In this document: piece after piece, positions 59,085-64,000 of the stretch
Position numbering within the stretch: the first letter of the stretch is position 1
How the letters are laid out: every line of letters begins with the position of its first letter
Origin: Oligoflexia bacterium
GTDB lineage: Bacteria > Bdellovibrionota > UBA1018
Direction: 5' to 3'
NCBI GenBank assembly: GCA_963758495.1
Contig: CAVWVI010000003.1
Span: forward strand, 416,001-480,000
Length of the DNA: 64,000 bases
The notes under the pieces: model-generated
What the model was told of the DNA's origin: nothing
What the model saw: only the letters and a program-made list of their open reading frames with translations
Databases searched by the model: none
Position numbers and translations under genes: made by a program

Positions 59085-59227
59085 ATTTATCTTGGCGCTG
59101 GAAAATTTTGTCAGTGGAGTGTTTGGGAAGGCTTGAAATTTCAGGGTTTTCAAACTCCTGATTGAGTGAAACTGTTATGACGACGCTACTTGCAATTTAA
59201 GTCCCTCAATACGTCAAATCTGGCTAG

Positions 59228-59335
59228 TATTGCGACAATATTGCGACAAAATCTGTCGCAATACTTGAAATTGCGACAATTATAGGAGTATAATCTAATA
59301 TATAATAGTATTGCGACAAAATCCGTCGCAATACT
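59228..59335 (+). promoter_or_regulatory. Operator array and sigma70 promoter of the fic gene
   Basis: Six TTGCGAC half-sites; inverted repeats at 59239-59263 and 59307-59335; TTGAAA-18-TATAAT at 59265-59294. Confidence 0.8.
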
Positions 59336-59351
59336 GAACCAGGGAGGGTTC

Positions 59352-59996
59352 ATGGCCCCTAAAAGGAAAACCGAACTTGAAGACCTAATCCTGGGGCTCT
59401 TTGACTGGAAGAAGGAAATTAATATCCACGAGATTGCGCACGCTGCAGAAATGTCCATAGAGGACTCTGCCGATCGGCGAGCAATTCAACGGGCATGTAA
59501 AAACCTGATCCAGAATAAGATGATCGAGGCCCAAGGTAACGCCCGCGCACGCACTTACACCCTCATCTCCCCTCCTAAGCAGGCCCTTCCGCTCGAATCT
59601 CCAGGGACAGAAAGCGGGGAAGTATTTAAAGATATTCATCTGTCCAAAGAATCCAAGACTTTGCTACAGTACGTCTCACAATCACTCCAAGCTCGAACTC
59701 CCGTGGGCTATAATCAGGATTTCTTAAGGTCCTACGAGCCAAATAAAACACACTACCTGAGTCAATCGCAACGAGCCGAGCTTCTCATTCTCGGCAAGGT
59801 AGAAAACAAGCTCCGGCCCGCTGGCACTTATGCTCGGAACATTTTGAACCGTTTACTCATTGATTTATCGTGGAATTCAAGTCGCCGAGTCTTCACGATG
59901 GCAATATCGCGCGCTTTCGCGTTCGTCCAAGCGAGTTTCAAAAATGGAAATCTCTTCAATAAAAAAGAGAACCTCACTCCTCCCAAGAATATCTGA
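59352..59996 (+). pseudogene. HTH-Fic family gene with internal deletion of the Fic domain
   Basis: Family-like up to PAGTYARNILNRLLIDLSWNSSR; family-like C-terminus SLHDGNIARFRVRPSEFQKWKSLQ* in another frame (59885-59962); no Fic motif. Confidence 0.8.
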
Positions 59997-60009
59997 GCTT
60001 ATTCATGCT

Positions 60010-60228
60010 TTAACAACGCATGAGCTTCGAAAAACTAGAATTGAAATCTTGAAGTAAATCCTGAAGGCATTTCCAGGCAAGTTCGAATGTATACTCAAAG
60101 CGCTGTATCATTCCCTCATCCTCTAATCGGGTCATATTCTGAGAAATAGCTTCCCCATAAAGCTGAAGCGCTTTCTGAAAGTTACTCAATCTTTGCTTGA
60201 ATCGAATATCCAAGTTTTCAGTTGTCAA
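60010..60228 (-). pseudogene. Truncated HI0074-type HEPN / nucleotidyltransferase substrate-binding protein
   Basis: DIRFKQRLSNFQKAL..GMIQRFEYTFELAWK, then ends about 20 aa later without the RX4H motif; TTG start at 60228 after GGAG. Confidence 0.78.
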
Positions 60229-60327
60229 TTTTTTTCTCCAAGGTTCAATCGACATGTAGAGTATAGTTAACCAACCATGACTAAACAAATGGTTTCGTAA
60301 TCTCAATTACAATGGAGGATTGTCACT

Positions 60328-61593
60328 ATGAAAACACAACACATCGCATTCGGACTCACCGGTGCTCTTCTTTTTTCCAGTGCCAGTTGGGCAGTTGGAC
60401 TAGAAAAACCCGTCATGTGGTCAGGAAAATACTCTGGCCTCGGCAATGCAGCAGCCTCTAGCGCCAAAGGAGCAGAAGCACTCTACTTCAATCCAGCAGG
60501 CTTAGCCACGGCTGGACGAACCACTGAAAACGACGCTACCCTTGATTTTTCTCCCACCTTTACAAAAATGACTACCCCAGTCATTGCTCCAAATACCGCC
60601 ACCAATTCCAATACGACTTTTTCACCTGTAGGGGCATTGCTGCTATCTCACCAACTCATGCCAGGCCTAGGTGTGGGTCTGGGGATCTATGCTTCGGGGG
60701 GTTTAGCCTTAGATTATGGGAGTGTCACTTTAAATCCTCTTTTACAGACAACCCTACCCGCCGAGCTTCGAGTTGCTTTAAGCGGAATGGAATTTGCTTT
60801 AGGAGCTGGTTATCAAGTCACTCCCATGCTGAGCATTGGCGCAGCTTGGCGTATCTCACTCTATAGTGCCGACTTAGCAACACTGGGTGCAGACCCCACT
60901 GACCCCAATTCGATAGCAAATAACAAATTTTTGAGTCAAACAGGAACCAATTACTCTGGCTTTAGATTTGGAGCACAATACGGCAGCGAAGATGGAAACT
61001 GGGGGATAGGCGCGCAATTTCGAACCAGTGTGGCTTTAAACGCATCTGGCACCGGAACCTCCTATAGTCTCTATGGCGCAAACCAATCCGCCACTGCTCT
61101 GGGCGCCACTCAACTGCAGACTACCCTCCCTCTTCAATTCTCTCTGGGAGGTCACTACACTCTCATGAATGATTTAAAAGCGTTCTTACAATATGACTAC
61201 ACACAATACGTAGATAATCGGACTTTAAACATTACTGTCGGCGGAATTGTTACATCTCAAACTTTAGACTGGAACAATCGACATAACGCGCGTGTTGGTT
61301 TTGAATACACAAGAATACAAAACTGGCCTATCCGCCTTGGATATGTCTTTACCTCACAAGTGACTCCTAACGATTATCCCGCCATTATTTACACCGGCCC
61401 AGGACCTGCGAACACCATTACATTAGGTACTGGCACTCTACTCGCCTCTAACCTCAGCCTCGATGGCGCACTTGACTACACCTGGGGCAACGGAACAGGT
61501 ACTCCTGTAGCGGCAACAGCAGCCGGCCCTTATGCTGGAGCTTATAATGCAGTTGCCTATACCGCTCACACGGGCTTGAATTACCGATTTTAA
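60328..61593 (+). CDS. FadL/OmpP1/TodX-family outer-membrane transporter
   Basis: Signal peptide; hatch motif GLGNA..ALYFNPAGL; alternating beta strands; terminal YRF. Confidence 0.88.
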   Translation: MKTQHIAFGLTGALLFSSASWAVGLEKPVMWSGKYSGLGNAAASSAKGAEALYFNPAGLATAGRTTENDATLDFSPTFTKMTTPVIAPNTATNSNTTFSPVGALLLSHQLMPGLGVGLGIYASGGLALDYGSVTLNPLLQTTLPAELRVALSGMEFALGAGYQVTPMLSIGAAWRISLYSADLATLGADPTDPNSIANNKFLSQTGTNYSGFRFGAQYGSEDGNWGIGAQFRTSVALNASGTGTSYSLYGANQSATALGATQLQTTLPLQFSLGGHYTLMNDLKAFLQYDYTQYVDNRTLNITVGGIVTSQTLDWNNRHNARVGFEYTRIQNWPIRLGYVFTSQVTPNDYPAIIYTGPGPANTITLGTGTLLASNLSLDGALDYTWGNGTGTPVAATAAGPYAGAYNAVAYTAHTGLNYRF

Positions 61594-62252
61594 AAACTCG
61601 GCTGGCGGTAACAAAGCTTGAAGGAAGACCCTTCAACCACCAAAACTGCCGAATAGTCTGAATCAGGTAATAAACTCAGAAGAGTCCAACTCGACGAACA
61701 TCGATTGGACTCTTCTAATAATTGAATCACCCTCACACCTGTCGCTTTACAGTAGGCTTCCTGCATGGACCAAAAATTAAAAAACGCCTTTCTCTGAATG
61801 GCACATGGCATTAACTGTATTAAAGTCCTTTCCTTCTGAAATATTCTATGTAACAGCACTCTCGAAAAATCAAAATCCTCAGAAATAGGCTCTATATCAA
61901 TCCCCACTCGCCTTCCCCTTGAAAAAGCATAAAGGGCCATTTCGTTTGACTGTGATAAATTAAAATAAATTGAATTTTCAGCACCCTTTAACATGGGCTT
62001 TCCAGATGAGTTATAGGAAAACTCCAAAAGACGAGCGTCTATGCCTGTATACTCACTCAGAAGTTCTCTTAACACCCCTCGGGAGAGGATAAACCTCTCC
62101 TGATCTTCATCAAATAATAACTCCTTCGCTCGACCTTTTTCATCCGAACTCAAGAGACTCCAAAACTGACTCAGGCGTTTTTTATATTGCTCAAAGGAAA
62201 TATGCCAAAGATGAACTTCATCAAAAAACAAAGAAGAGTCCTTAAAAATCAC
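61590..62252 (-). CDS. Sfp/HetI-type 4'-phosphopantetheinyl transferase (atypical motifs)
   Basis: LSSDE..RA, GKP, FNLSQS, VGIDIE, WSMQEAYCKATG. Confidence 0.85.
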   Translation of the reverse strand: MIFKDSSLFFDEVHLWHISFEQYKKRLSQFWSLLSSDEKGRAKELLFDEDQERFILSRGVLRELLSEYTGIDARLLEFSYNSSGKPMLKGAENSIYFNLSQSNEMALYAFSRGRRVGIDIEPISEDFDFSRVLLHRIFQKERTLIQLMPCAIQRKAFFNFWSMQEAYCKATGVRVIQLLEESNRCSSSWTLLSLLPDSDYSAVLVVEGSSFKLCYRQPSF

Positions 62253-62253
62253 G

Positions 62254-64000
62254 CTACATCATTTCTTTGACTACTTTATAAATATCTTTTTTTAAAAATG
62301 GCTTTTTTATCATGGCATTGACTGAATTTTTAATTTCTCTAATTTTCTTGAACTCATCGCTGTCGTCATCAACCCGACCCAGATCCAAACTTCCACTCAA
62401 CATTATAATTTTTAAATTTTTTAAATTTAATTTCTTCAACAGCGCGATCAACTTGTAACCATCCATTACAGGCATCTTTAAATTAGTAATTAATATCTTA
62501 TATTGAGAAGCCGCCAGATTCTCAATCGCTTGCTTCCCATTCGCCACCTGATCAACTTCAAAACCTAATTCACTTAAAAAGTGGCCAAGAAATTCTGCAA
62601 TTTCCTTTTCATCCTCCACAATTAAGACTTTCCCAGAAAATTTTTGAAATACTTCTTCTTTATCCTTATCGATTTCCTTACTACTGACGAGTTCGACTTT
62701 TTCTGGCTCTTCTGCTTTGGCGAATGTAAGTGTAAACACTGTGCCTTGATTCACCTCGGATTCGACGGCGATTTTGCCATTCATTTCATTAATAATAGAA
62801 AGAGCAATACTTAACCCCAAACCAGTGCCTTTACCCACAGGTTTAGAAGTAAAAAAGGGCTCAAATATTTTTTTCATAATATTTTTTTCAATACCACTGC
62901 CATTATCAATAAACTGAACAATTAATTCGTTACCTTGATCCTTAGTTCTCACTTCAACAACACCACCACTTTTAGCTTCCAAAGCATCCCGTGCATTAGT
63001 AATAAAGTTAATAGCGACTTGTTGAAATTTACCAACATTTCCTCTCGAAAGAGGCTTAAGACTTTGATAATTTTTAACTATTTTTATATTATCGTTTTTA
63101 TAAATATACTCTAGAATTGATATAGATTGATCAAGAACATCATGCAAATTAATAACAGCCTGTACCGATGAATCAACTCTGGAATAATTTTTTAATCCTC
63201 TTATAATATTTGTAATTCTGTCTACAGAGTTTTGCTGTTTTTTAATTACTTTTAAAAATTCCGTATTCTTTTTTTCTTCAAAATACTCACCAATAATTTC
63301 AAGGTTACCTTGAATAATAGTAAGTGGATTATTGATTTCGTGAGCTATGCCAGCAGCCATTTCACCGATAGAGGCCAACTTAGATGCTTGAATTATTTGT
63401 TGCTGCATGGTCTCATTTTCTAATTCAACTTTTTTCTGCTCAGTCATGTCTTTCGCCACACAAACTATGCCTGAAATAACTCCTTGATCATCACAAATCA
63501 CAGAGCTAGAAAAAATTACCGGAATATTCCTTTGATCCTTAGAAATAAAAGTCAAAGATCTATTTCTAATAACACCCTCTTTTAACGTGCTCACTAAATT
63601 AAGGTCTGATAAAATATCTTGCTCTAAAATTAAATCCTCTATACCCAAACTCATAAATTCATCTGCCGTGTACGACAATACACGCTCAGCAGCATGATTA
63701 ACTTTTTGGACTTTACCGACCAAAGAAAATACAATCAAAGGATCCACCATGGACTTAATGATGTTCTCAACATAGGCTTTAGCAGAACTTGCTACCTTCT
63801 CAGCCTCAACTAATTGCTTTGTTCGTTCAAGAACAGCACTCTCTAAAGTCGAATTTAAGCTGCGAAACTCATCTTCAACGGCTTTTAATTTTAGAAATAT
63901 TCTAATTTTTGCTAAAAACTCCTCATGATCAAATGGCTTAACAATATAATCATCTGCACCTGCCTCATAACCCATGAGCCTCTCATCAAGCATGGCCTTA
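62254..64000 (-). CDS. Hybrid sensor kinase REC-PAS-HisKA-HATPase-REC (5'-partial)
   Basis: GADDYIVKPF (end of the first REC); PAS; IAHEINNPL; GKGTGLGL; C-terminal REC; frame open to the right edge. Confidence 0.93.
   Translation of the reverse strand, partial: KAMLDERLMGYEAGADDYIVKPFDHEEFLAKIRIFLKLKAVEDEFRSLNSTLESAVLERTKQLVEAEKVASSAKAYVENIIKSMVDPLIVFSLVGKVQKVNHAAERVLSYTADEFMSLGIEDLILEQDILSDLNLVSTLKEGVIRNRSLTFISKDQRNIPVIFSSSVICDDQGVISGIVCVAKDMTEQKKVELENETMQQQIIQASKLASIGEMAAGIAHEINNPLTIIQGNLEIIGEYFEEKKNTEFLKVIKKQQNSVDRITNIIRGLKNYSRVDSSVQAVINLHDVLDQSISILEYIYKNDNIKIVKNYQSLKPLSRGNVGKFQQVAINFITNARDALEAKSGGVVEVRTKDQGNELIVQFIDNGSGIEKNIMKKIFEPFFTSKPVGKGTGLGLSIALSIINEMNGKIAVESEVNQGTVFTLTFAKAEEPEKVELVSSKEIDKDKEEVFQKFSGKVLIVEDEKEIAEFLGHFLSELGFEVDQVANGKQAIENLAASQYKILITNLKMPVMDGYKLIALLKKLNLKNLKIIMLSGSLDLGRVDDDSDEFKKIREIKNSVNAMIKKPFLKKDIYKVVKEMM

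Noticed and set aside
59228..59335. CRISPR array, iterons or transposon ends
   Set aside because: Palindromic half-sites straddling a -35/-10 promoter in front of an HTH gene fit operators better; no spacers, rep gene or transposase.

Overview
AT-rich bacterial chromosomal window, most likely Bdellovibrionota (Oligoflexia-like). This is inferred from gene order, a TIGR02530-type gene between flgD and flgE, an extended FliO, and FliA-type promoters on secreted genes. Bases 1-24.5 kb hold a minus-strand flagellar hook-basal-body cluster: TPR protein, receiver-less sigma54 activator, flgBC, fliEFGHIJ, motE-like, fliK, flgD, TIGR02530, flgE, fliLMNOPQR, flhB, and flhA running off the left edge. 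Next come a lipoprotein-mlaEFD operon, a receiver-less FleQ-like activator, metK with an unannotated 42-aa basic gene, dispersed Tad genes (secretin, ATPase, TadB-TadC fusion), two intact MNT-HEPN modules, tldD, cpoB-LysM-dprA-topA, ddl, gdh, a 7TM kinase/NtrC-type pair, an M1 aminopeptidase, a secreted 1214-aa HEAT protein, two internally deleted toxin genes (Fic and HI0074-type), a FadL-like porin, a PPTase and a partial hybrid kinase. Best candidate for an undescribed system: the uncharacterised TIGR02530 protein, which has an RNase/RNA-binding-like motif and sits directly upstream of a three-hairpin flgE leader RNA whose last hairpin puts the Shine-Dalgarno in a CsrA-consensus loop. This would be a putative post-transcriptional hook checkpoint. 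No tRNA, rRNA, CRISPR or transposase was seen. All family assignments come from reading motifs by eye, without database searches.
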